A DNA stretch of 64,000 bases from NCBI GenBank assembly GCA_035510735.1, contig DATKGN010000012.1:9013-73012 (forward strand). The letters run 5' to 3'. Made by a program: the position numbers and the translations under genes. The stretch comes from Patescibacteria group bacterium. GTDB lineage: Bacteria; Patescibacteriota; Microgenomatia; UBA10105; UBA927. Position 1 is the stretch's first letter; each line of letters opens with the position of its first letter. The notes under the pieces were generated by a model. The model saw only the letters and a list, made by a program, of their open reading frames with translations. It searched no databases and had not been told where the DNA came from. This document shows, piece by piece, positions 56,068 through 64,000 of this stretch.

Positions 56068-57241
56068 CCGTCAAAAGGATCTGATTAAAGATTACCACGT
56101 GCTGATTTTGATAGAGAATCGATAAATTTGTGGGATTATATGGGTGTAGACTTAACAGAACATATTGGTTGTTTTGTCTGACGAATCTTGTGAATGCTGT
56201 TACTGTTTGTGGCAAACCGGCGGGAGGAGCAAGAATCTGATATGCACCGAATTCTCCGACCTGATCGTATGGTATTTGAGTTTGTCCTAACGTATAGTAA
56301 TAATGTGGATTGTTGCCGATTCCTACAACGTCTCCTAATTTATTAGTGTCCACATATGTTCCAAGAGAGATACCATCGGGAACGGTGAATGATTTTGCAA
56401 TAATGTAATGAATATGGTCATCGCTTGCAAATTGAACTTGGTTCTCTTCCGGAACAACACTCCATGTAGATGGATATTGTAGGGAAAAGGTCTTTGTCGG
56501 ATCTTGGTATGTATTCCATTTTGCGATCGCTGTGCTATCGAGAAATTTTAATGACGACAATATAGCGTTAACAACTTCCTTATCTTCCGGTTTTGTTGAA
56601 TAACGGATAGCATATACCGCGTAATTACCCTGTACAACGTAAAGAGCAATCGGAAGAGTGGCACTTGAATTTGGTAGGACACTGTTTGCGTCCTTATCGT
56701 GAAATTTAACAGATTGAACACTCCAGCTGGGATAGTTGAATTCTAATCCGCTACGAATATTACTTAATTTATCATCTATGTTTGTCATCGTTGTGTCGTA
56801 TTGAATTTCCATAATATTACTTAACCCATTAACGATCTGAATTGTGTTTTCGTTGGCTTTTACCAGCGTGTAATCGTCCGGGTAACTCAATTGATAATTT
56901 GCGTTTGTGTTTTGATAGATAATCCACTTGTGTGTTTTGTTTGAAGCTGCGGGATTTGCTGTATTTGTAGGCTCACTGTTGATTGATTTTAACTGAAGTG
57001 GTTGAAGCGTTGTTCGCGCGGGTGATTGTGATTGCATTTTTGGCAGAAGGTAGAATCGATAACCGGCAAATACAATGCCCCCGATAACGAGAAGACTTAT
57101 GAAAATGATAATTATGACAGTAGATTTATTTTGATGCGTCGTAGGGGGTTGAACAGGAGGAGTCCCCTTTGACTCTGTTGGCGATTGAGCGATAGTTTGT
57201 TCCACATTCTTAGTATACAGATTATTTTTCCATTTTTTCAA
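56051..57241 (-). CDS. Single-TM surface protein with two PsbP-like domains
   Basis: Two W..Y......SYP/QYP..W ... ILSSLKF units. Confidence 0.7.
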   Translation of the reverse strand: MKKWKNNLYTKNVEQTIAQSPTESKGTPPVQPPTTHQNKSTVIIIIFISLLVIGGIVFAGYRFYLLPKMQSQSPARTTLQPLQLKSINSEPTNTANPAASNKTHKWIIYQNTNANYQLSYPDDYTLVKANENTIQIVNGLSNIMEIQYDTTMTNIDDKLSNIRSGLEFNYPSWSVQSVKFHDKDANSVLPNSSATLPIALYVVQGNYAVYAIRYSTKPEDKEVVNAILSSLKFLDSTAIAKWNTYQDPTKTFSLQYPSTWSVVPEENQVQFASDDHIHYIIAKSFTVPDGISLGTYVDTNKLGDVVGIGNNPHYYYTLGQTQIPYDQVGEFGAYQILAPPAGLPQTVTAFTRFVRQNNQYVLLSLHPYNPTNLSILYQNQHVVIFNQILLTVNFLR

Positions 57242-57497
57242 TGAGGCGCGATAAATTTACCGTCACAATAACTGCAAGGATCGTTACAAGAATAGCATAA
57301 ATAAGTAGCGAGATAAATCCGCTCCCGAAAGGAAGATGTGGTTTTATATATACGCTTACTAATTCTTGAATTGCATTATTCCAGGCAAGAGCCGCAACGA
57401 GTCCGAATCCACTCGTCGCAAGAGTCACCATCTGTTGTAAAACGGCCTTATGTAGTTGCTTTTTTGGCTCACCTCCTGATTGCTTTTTTACATCCAT
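57222..57497 (-). CDS. DUF5654-like small membrane protein
   Basis: ATSGFGLVAALAWNNAIQ. Confidence 0.8.
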   Translation of the reverse strand: MDVKKQSGGEPKKQLHKAVLQQMVTLATSGFGLVAALAWNNAIQELVSVYIKPHLPFGSGFISLLIYAILVTILAVIVTVNLSRLIEKMEK

Positions 57498-57555
57498 GAG
57501 GGTATTATACGGTTATTCTGCGGGAAAATACAATTCTGTGGATTTCATCCTACTT

Positions 57556-58602
57556 ATGTATACACCGAATTATACGATCACGAATAAAATTCTCAAATAT
57601 ATGGGCATTATTGAGGCTGCTAAAGAGGTGATTGAGAATGCCCCATTGGTACCTGCGTGGGAAGCGAAATTTCGAGAAGACGCTATGGTCCGTACCGTCC
57701 ATCATGGGACACACATAGAAGGGAACGAATTATCGTTCGGTGAAGCGGAGAAAGTGCTAGCTGGCGCCAAGATTGTCGGGCGTGATCGGGATATTCAGGA
57801 GGTCCTTAATTACCGGAATGTTCTTAAATTTATTGAAGGATATGATAAGAAGGAAATCACGGAAGAATCGTTGAAGCGCATTCATGAGATGACGGTTCAT
57901 CGGATATTGCCAGACACCGCCATCGGGGTTTATCGAAAGACGCAAGTGGTTGTGAAAAATAGCCAAACAGGAGAGGTAACGTTCCGTCCGCCACCTGCAG
58001 TTGAGGTTCCGTTTCTGATTGCCTCATTTTTGCAGTGGCTCAATGGAACGAACTCTGAAGATATTCACACGGTCATTAAAGCGGGCATTGCGCATTATGA
58101 GATTGTCCGCATCCATCCGTTCCTTGACGGGAACGGCAGGGTTGCACGGGGAGTTGCGACCCTGGTTTTGTTTAAAGACGGGTACGATATTAAGCGCTTC
58201 TTTTCACTTGAGGAACACTATGACCAGGAGCCGTTGTCCTATTATGACGGGCTACAAAGCGTGGGACGCTTAAACGGTAATTTGACTCCATGGCTTGAAT
58301 ATTTTTCGGAAGGCCTTGCTATTGAACTTACCCGCATCAAAGAAAAAATTAAAACGCTTTCAACGGATTTAAAGCTCAAAAAATCGCTTGGAGGGCAACC
58401 GTTAACGCTTACCGAGCGCCAGATTAAAATCGTCGAGTTCGTTCAGGAAAACGGATTTTTACAGAATAAGTCATTTTTTGAATTATTTCCCATGATATCC
58501 GAGGATACGGTTCTTCGAGAATTGAAGGACCTTATTAAAAAGGGTATAGTGAAAAAAGAAGGCACGACCAAAGGCGTACGGTATGTGCTACGAAGTACAT
58601 AA
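57556..58602 (+). CDS. Fic domain protein with C-terminal wHTH
   Basis: HPFLDGNGRVAR; GTHIEGN inhibitory-type helix. Confidence 0.93.
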   Translation: MYTPNYTITNKILKYMGIIEAAKEVIENAPLVPAWEAKFREDAMVRTVHHGTHIEGNELSFGEAEKVLAGAKIVGRDRDIQEVLNYRNVLKFIEGYDKKEITEESLKRIHEMTVHRILPDTAIGVYRKTQVVVKNSQTGEVTFRPPPAVEVPFLIASFLQWLNGTNSEDIHTVIKAGIAHYEIVRIHPFLDGNGRVARGVATLVLFKDGYDIKRFFSLEEHYDQEPLSYYDGLQSVGRLNGNLTPWLEYFSEGLAIELTRIKEKIKTLSTDLKLKKSLGGQPLTLTERQIKIVEFVQENGFLQNKSFFELFPMISEDTVLRELKDLIKKGIVKKEGTTKGVRYVLRST

Positions 58603-58670
58603 TAATCCAATAAACAAATAATCGAATAATAACTACATTCGTTTATTGAAATACAATTGGATTATTTACT

Positions 58671-58856
58671 ATGAATCTATCCGGCCCAGGAATCACATAT
58701 GTGTTTCTTATTATCCCGTCGATTTTTGCCTTAGTTGTCGTCATTCAGGGGATCGAAAAGCTGACCCGTGATGATCATGAGGGATATGTTGCATTAGGAT
58801 TCGGAATATTTTTTCTTATACTCATTGCCGCTGCCTACGTATTATTTATTCAATGA
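58671..58856 (+). CDS. Small 2-TM protein
   Basis: 61 aa with two hydrophobic helices. Confidence 0.6.
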   Translation: MNLSGPGITYVFLIIPSIFALVVVIQGIEKLTRDDHEGYVALGFGIFFLILIAAAYVLFIQ

Positions 58857-58863
58857 AGTCAGT

Positions 58864-58964
58864 TGTCATTCCTTTTTTGTCATCCTCGGGCTTGACCCGA
58901 GGATCAGCTTTCTGATAAAAAGTTATCAAAACCAAAAACGGTTCCCGCCTTCGCGGGAATGACA
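58864..58964. repeat. REP/RPE-like palindromic element
   Basis: tgtcatcctcgggcttgacccgaggatc ... ttcccgccttcgcgggaatgaca. Confidence 0.85.
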
Positions 58965-58994
58965 AACGACAGTGAGGATGACAAAAAACCAAAT

Positions 58995-60722
58995 ATGAAG
59001 TTTTCAGAGCTTGCTGGGTATTTCAAACGACTGGACAAGACCGCGTCACGGAATGAAATGACGGAGATCCTTGCGGATTTGTTCCGGCACGTACAAAAGG
59101 ATGAAATCGGTAAAATTTGTTACCTTCTTCTCGGGCGAGTTGTTCCACTGTATGAGGCCGTCGAATTCGGCGTTGCCGACAAGTTTATGATCCGCGCGAT
59201 CGCGCTTGCATACGACACCGATCAGGATCATGTTGTTTCGGCGTTCAAAAAAACAGGGGACCTTGGGATGGCGGCCGAAATCTGTGCACTGCAAAAAAAA
59301 CGAAAGCATTCAGATATAGAAGTTTCAAAAGTGTATGACGCGTTATTTTCTGTTGCCAATGAAGGGGGACAGGGATCGCAGGAGAAGAAAATCGGTTTAC
59401 TTGCCGGTCTTCTTTCATCCATGGACGCACTTTCAGCACGGTATCTGGCGAGAATTCCGCTTGATAAACTCCGTCTGGGATTTTCCGATATGACCATGCT
59501 TGATAGTCTGTCATGGATGGTCGCAGGCGATAAATCACTTCGTCCGGTGCTTGAAACCACATACAACGTCCGCCCGGACATCGGGTATCTTGCGCAAACG
59601 GTTAAATCCGACGGTGTTAAAGGTCTTTCTCACATTCATGCGAAAGTCGGTGCTCCTATTCTTGCGTCACTTTGCGCACGGCTTCCGAATGCCGATGAAA
59701 TGATCAAAAAAATGGGAGAAGTTGCCGTTGAACCAAAATATGATGGCGTAAGGGTGCAGATTCATTTCAGACGGGGGAAATTCGTTGCATCCTACTCACG
59801 GAATTTGGAAAATACGACCGCGATGTTTCCGGAACTCGAACAAATTGGCGCGGAATTAAACGGAGACGAAGTTATCCTGGATTCCGAAGCGATCGGGTAC
59901 GATAAACAACATGATAAACTCATCTCATTTCAGGAAACGATGACCCGCAAACGGAAGCACGGAATTGCACAAGCGTCTCAAACAATGCCCCTAAAATTTT
60001 ACGTTTTCGATATTTTATACAAAGACGGTAAGGAATTGTTATCCATTCCGCTACGGGAGCGCCGTAAGATACTTGAGGCAACCCTTAAACAAAAAGAAAA
60101 CCGGTGTCTTATGCTTTCCCCTGAAATAATAACGCGCGATGCAAATGAAATCCGCAGGTATCATAATGAACAGTTAAAAAAAGGCCTTGAAGGAGCGGTG
60201 GTCAAAAAATGGGATAGCATCTATGAGCCCGGACGGACCGGATATCACTGGGTTAAGTTTAAAGAGGAAGAGGGAAAAACCGGTAAACTCACCGATACAA
60301 TTGACGCAGTCATCATGGGATATTCTCGGGGGGAAGGGAAGCGGTCGGGGTTTGGGATAGGCATGTTCCTTGTGGGAGTGAGGAAAGGCGATAGTTTTGT
60401 GACGGTGACTAAAATCGGTACCGGGGTGTCTGATGAATTATGGAAGGATCTCCATCAAAAGCTTCACACTATTAAAGTGTCGGTAAAACCAAAAGAATAT
60501 GGGGAGGTAAATAAATTATTTATTCCCGACGTTTGGGTCGCGCCCCGCATAGTTGTTGAGATAGCAGGTGATGATCTGACAAAATCATCCACCCATGGCG
60601 CCGGCGTTGCCGTACGATTTCCGAGGCTCGTCCGGATACGCATAGACAAATCGCCGCAGCAAGCTACAACAGTCAGTGAAATTGAGGGGATGTTTAATAG
60701 GCAGAAACAATCGCCCCTTTAA
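58995..60722 (+). CDS. lig: ATP-dependent DNA ligase
   Basis: EPKYDGVRVQIH, DSE, FDIL, EGAVVK, WVKFK, RFPRLVRIRIDK. Confidence 0.95.
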   Translation: MKFSELAGYFKRLDKTASRNEMTEILADLFRHVQKDEIGKICYLLLGRVVPLYEAVEFGVADKFMIRAIALAYDTDQDHVVSAFKKTGDLGMAAEICALQKKRKHSDIEVSKVYDALFSVANEGGQGSQEKKIGLLAGLLSSMDALSARYLARIPLDKLRLGFSDMTMLDSLSWMVAGDKSLRPVLETTYNVRPDIGYLAQTVKSDGVKGLSHIHAKVGAPILASLCARLPNADEMIKKMGEVAVEPKYDGVRVQIHFRRGKFVASYSRNLENTTAMFPELEQIGAELNGDEVILDSEAIGYDKQHDKLISFQETMTRKRKHGIAQASQTMPLKFYVFDILYKDGKELLSIPLRERRKILEATLKQKENRCLMLSPEIITRDANEIRRYHNEQLKKGLEGAVVKKWDSIYEPGRTGYHWVKFKEEEGKTGKLTDTIDAVIMGYSRGEGKRSGFGIGMFLVGVRKGDSFVTVTKIGTGVSDELWKDLHQKLHTIKVSVKPKEYGEVNKLFIPDVWVAPRIVVEIAGDDLTKSSTHGAGVAVRFPRLVRIRIDKSPQQATTVSEIEGMFNRQKQSPL

Positions 60723-60762
60723 TGCGAATAGCGTTCATTTGCCGTATAATGCAGAAGAATTT

Positions 60763-61593
60763 ATGTTAAAACCGCGTTTTTCCGTTATTATTCCGACATT
60801 GAACGAAGAAAAGTTTCTCCCAAAACTCCTCACATCACTTACGCAGCAGACGGTGAAAAATTTTGAAGTGATCGTGGTTGACGCTTCACCGGATAATCGT
60901 ACGATTGCTGCTGCAAAACGGTTTGAAAAAAGTCTTCCGATAACTATAAAACAGCACGAAGTAAAAGGAGTTTCGCGCCAACGGAATAGTGGCGCCAAAT
61001 TGTCAAAAGCCGATTGGTTAATTTTTATCGATGCCGACAGTATATTGTTTCCTAATTTTATCGAGCGAATTACCAGATTCATAGATAAAAAGCATTCCAG
61101 ATTTTTTACCACATGGCTTAAAGCTGACAGTGAGGAGCCGGGGGATGCCATTGGGGGGTTTTTATTGAATATGGGGATTGAAGGGAGTGTTCTTATTGAA
61201 CGACCCTGGGCGCCGGGTCCATTGACGGCAGTGCGGCGGGATGTGTTTGAGAGCGTCGGCGGATATAACGAAAATGTTACATTTGCTGAAGATCATGAAC
61301 TCGGCGTCATGATCTACCGTAAAGGAGTCGCTTTTGACATATTGCGGGAGATTCTCTACATCTATTCGTTTCGCCGATTCAGAAAAGAGAAAAGCCTAAA
61401 AATTTTTAATCGGTGGTTAAAGTCGACCTTGAGCATCGTATTTACGCATAAGGGGTTGAAATATATGCCCGGATTTATCGGTGGGGGAAGTATTTATGAG
61501 CAATCGCCGCAGGAGAAAAAGAAGGGGAGTGTGTTTTTTTCACGACTAGGACAACGTATAGATAAGGTTATCCGTGAACTTGTTGCATCATGA
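60763..61593 (+). CDS. GT2 glycosyltransferase
   Basis: SVIIPTLNEE, FIDAD, GGYNE...ED. Confidence 0.92.
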   Translation: MLKPRFSVIIPTLNEEKFLPKLLTSLTQQTVKNFEVIVVDASPDNRTIAAAKRFEKSLPITIKQHEVKGVSRQRNSGAKLSKADWLIFIDADSILFPNFIERITRFIDKKHSRFFTTWLKADSEEPGDAIGGFLLNMGIEGSVLIERPWAPGPLTAVRRDVFESVGGYNENVTFAEDHELGVMIYRKGVAFDILREILYIYSFRRFRKEKSLKIFNRWLKSTLSIVFTHKGLKYMPGFIGGGSIYEQSPQEKKKGSVFFSRLGQRIDKVIRELVAS

Positions 61594-62402
61594 TTTCGAT
61601 TATCATCCCCACACTTAACGAGGAAAAATTTCTTCCAAAATTATTAGAATCACTCACTGTTCAAACGGTGAAGGATTTTGAGGTGATTGTAGTTGACGGG
61701 TCATCAAAGGATAAAACAGTAGAGCTGGCGTATACCTTTTCTTCAAAGCTTCCCAAATTGACGGTTGTTGTCAGCGGTAGAGCGAGTCTTCCGCTACAGC
61801 GCAATCTGGGGGCACAAAAGGCAGAAGGGGATTGGCTTGTGTTTATTGATGCCGACAGTATTTTACTTCCCTATTCGGTTGGGCGGATAGAACAATATAT
61901 TAAAGATGAACGTCTCAAATTTTTTACCGCCTGGTGCCGGCCGGACAGTGAAGTCCAGGGAGATGCGTTTATAACACTTTTTTGGAATATTGCGGTAGAG
62001 AGTTTGAATCGTTTTAAAAGACCAATGGCTCCCGGACCGCTTACCGCGGTTGATAGGGCTACATTTATGCTTGTCGGGGGGTACGACGAAGGTCATGCAT
62101 TTAACGAGGATATTGATTTTAGTCTGCGATTAGATAAAAAGGGTGTTAAGCTGCAAATTATTAGGGAAACGCTTTATGTTGTATCACTGCGACGGCTTCG
62201 AACCCAAGGAACATTACATGTAGTTCAACAGTACGCACAAGCAGCGTTGCCGATTCTTTTCTTTAAGCGACCACTCAGCTATATGCCGGGGTATGTCATG
62301 GGGGGACAGGTATATGATAAAAAGAAAAAACAATTTAAGCCTTCTGTAATAAAACAATACGAGACGAAACTAAAAAACCTTATGAAAGAATTCCTTGAAT
62401 AA
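61590..62402 (+). CDS. GT2 glycosyltransferase (tandem paralog)
   Basis: SIIIPTLNEE, FIDAD, GGYDE...ED. Confidence 0.92.
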   Translation: MISIIIPTLNEEKFLPKLLESLTVQTVKDFEVIVVDGSSKDKTVELAYTFSSKLPKLTVVVSGRASLPLQRNLGAQKAEGDWLVFIDADSILLPYSVGRIEQYIKDERLKFFTAWCRPDSEVQGDAFITLFWNIAVESLNRFKRPMAPGPLTAVDRATFMLVGGYDEGHAFNEDIDFSLRLDKKGVKLQIIRETLYVVSLRRLRTQGTLHVVQQYAQAALPILFFKRPLSYMPGYVMGGQVYDKKKKQFKPSVIKQYETKLKNLMKEFLE

Positions 62403-62486
62403 CAATGCCCCAGCACAACGCTTACCTCCTCTCGAGGTCTACGTCCTGGCATCGGAAGGGCGCGTATGCGGGGCAAGCAACTTATT

Positions 62487-63983
62487 ATGCAAGTAATAGC
62501 AGATCTTCAATTGCATTCAAAATATTCACGGGCGGTATCGCCTCAAATGATTTTACCGCAGATATGTGCATGGACGAAACGGAAAGGGATGGGGCTTGTG
62601 GCGACCGGGGATTGGACACATCCGCTCTGGATGAAGGAAATTAAGGATAATCTGGAAGAATTGGGGAACGGACTTCTCAGGCTGAAGCCGGCGGTAGAAG
62701 AGAGAGAACTGAAGATAGAGAAGGTAAATCCAACTTCTCCCCTTAATTCTCTTCCATCTCCTCTTTTTCTTCTCGCTACCGAAGTTTCCTGTATTTATTC
62801 TCAGGGAGGGAAGGGGAGACGGGTCCATACACTCATTTGGGTGCCGACGCTCGCCGCAACCGACAAAATCAATAAAGAGATGACGCGTCAGGGGTGTAAT
62901 CTCATGAGTGACGGGCGGCCGATAATCGGACTTACCTCTATTCAAGTGGCTGAGCTCGTGTTGACCATTGAACCTCATGCACTTATCATTCCTGCGCACG
63001 CATGGACACCGTGGTTCTCCGTGTTTGGCAGCATGAGCGGGTTTAACAGTATCGAAGAGGCGTATGGTCCGTTTGCAAAACATATATACGCTGTCGAGAC
63101 GGGCTTATCGAGTAACCCGTCGATGAATTGGCGCATCAAAGAGCTGGATAACCGGTCGATTGTATCGTTTTCCGATGCGCATAGCGGACCGAAATTGGGA
63201 CGCGAGTCAACGGTTTTTAATATTCCGGACGGGAAATTAAGCTATGATTCCATTTATGATGCAATTAAACAACCGTTTGGCGGCGCTCAGGTCGTTTCGT
63301 CAAATTCAAGAGTTCTTCGATCTCCGGCTTCCGCTGGAGCCCCTGCGGCGAAGAACTCGAATTTGCCAAAACTCCCCGCGCCGTTCATTTCTTATACTAT
63401 TGAATTCTATCCTGAGGAGGGAAAATATCATTGGACCGGGCATCGGGCATGTAATATCCGTTGGGGTCCGAAGCAGACAGCCAAAAACGGTACCACGTGT
63501 CCGGTATGCGGGAAACCCTTAACCCAGGGCGTTGAGCAGCGCGTCAGCGAGCTTGCCGGGCGGAGTGAAGAAGATCTGAAGCTTACCATTGAGTCAGAAG
63601 CGATTTATCAGGGTGGCGCTCTTGTAAACGTTACGAAAAGCAAAGCATTCCCGAACCGTGCACCATTTGTTATGCTCGTACCCCTTCAGGAAATCATTGC
63701 TGAGTGCATAGGTTCCCCTGTGGCCAGTCCCAAGGTGCAGACGCCCTACCTTCAGCTTACCGATGCGTTAGGCGGCGAATTTTCAGTACTTTTGAAGTCA
63801 TCGCATAAAGAAATAGAGCACATTGCGGGCGAGCGCGTCGCTGTGGGGGTTGAAAAAGTCAGACGTGGCGACATCGTGATTGACCCCGGCTATGACGGCG
63901 TTTTCGGCGTCGTAAAATTGTGGCGTGAAGGTGAAGAAAAACCTCTTATCGATAGTTCGAGAGAACAGCTTAGAATCCTGTAA
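62487..63983 (+). CDS. Endonuclease Q-like PHP-domain protein with zinc ribbon
   Basis: ADLQLHSKYSRA, TGDWTHP, PAHAWTPW, SDAHS, GKYH...H..C...CPVCG, PGYDG. Confidence 0.85.
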   Translation: MQVIADLQLHSKYSRAVSPQMILPQICAWTKRKGMGLVATGDWTHPLWMKEIKDNLEELGNGLLRLKPAVEERELKIEKVNPTSPLNSLPSPLFLLATEVSCIYSQGGKGRRVHTLIWVPTLAATDKINKEMTRQGCNLMSDGRPIIGLTSIQVAELVLTIEPHALIIPAHAWTPWFSVFGSMSGFNSIEEAYGPFAKHIYAVETGLSSNPSMNWRIKELDNRSIVSFSDAHSGPKLGRESTVFNIPDGKLSYDSIYDAIKQPFGGAQVVSSNSRVLRSPASAGAPAAKNSNLPKLPAPFISYTIEFYPEEGKYHWTGHRACNIRWGPKQTAKNGTTCPVCGKPLTQGVEQRVSELAGRSEEDLKLTIESEAIYQGGALVNVTKSKAFPNRAPFVMLVPLQEIIAECIGSPVASPKVQTPYLQLTDALGGEFSVLLKSSHKEIEHIAGERVAVGVEKVRRGDIVIDPGYDGVFGVVKLWREGEEKPLIDSSREQLRIL

Positions 63984-64000
63984 GTCACATTGGCCATTGA

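Noticed and set aside
58959-58994. Ligase start at 58959 (and similar extended starts at 10967, 18502, 47903, 49903, 60676)
   Set aside because: The 58959 ATG comes from the REP end ATGACA; the others overlap upstream genes or repeats, and family motifs begin at later ATGs.

Overview
Bacterial chromosome segment whose gene content looks like Patescibacteria/CPR (Microgenomates-like): DUF4012, DUF5652 and DUF5654 proteins, ATP-dependent ligase, stand-alone 5'-3' exonuclease, archaeal-type PyrH, C-terminally truncated ValRS. The lineage call is inference. Most of it is housekeeping (yidC end, jag, rplY, nth, NrtR-pncB-pncA-nadE, epmA/efp, valS, ftsH, recF, ligase). The main signals are non-coding. 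(1) An initiator-type tRNA(CAU) split by a 190-nt group I intron is followed by four single-gene modules, each closed by a degenerate copy of a tRNA-fMet 3' end. This is a candidate tRNA-anchored, integron-like cassette array, with a divergent tyrosine recombinase and an HTH/LAGLIDADG-like gene nearby. (2) Two T-box riboswitches (Val, Trp) have an ultrashort Stem I but transcription-terminator platforms; the Trp one leads a trpB2 / racemase / YbaK-YbaK-TrpRS-OB cluster. (3) A SpeD-like / ATP-grasp / GNAT cluster sits opposite an XRE regulator. (4) Several palindromic repeat families are inserted in frame in proteins. (5) Many genes have a -10 hexamer exactly 6 nt before ATG (leaderless). All calls are by eye; no searches were run.
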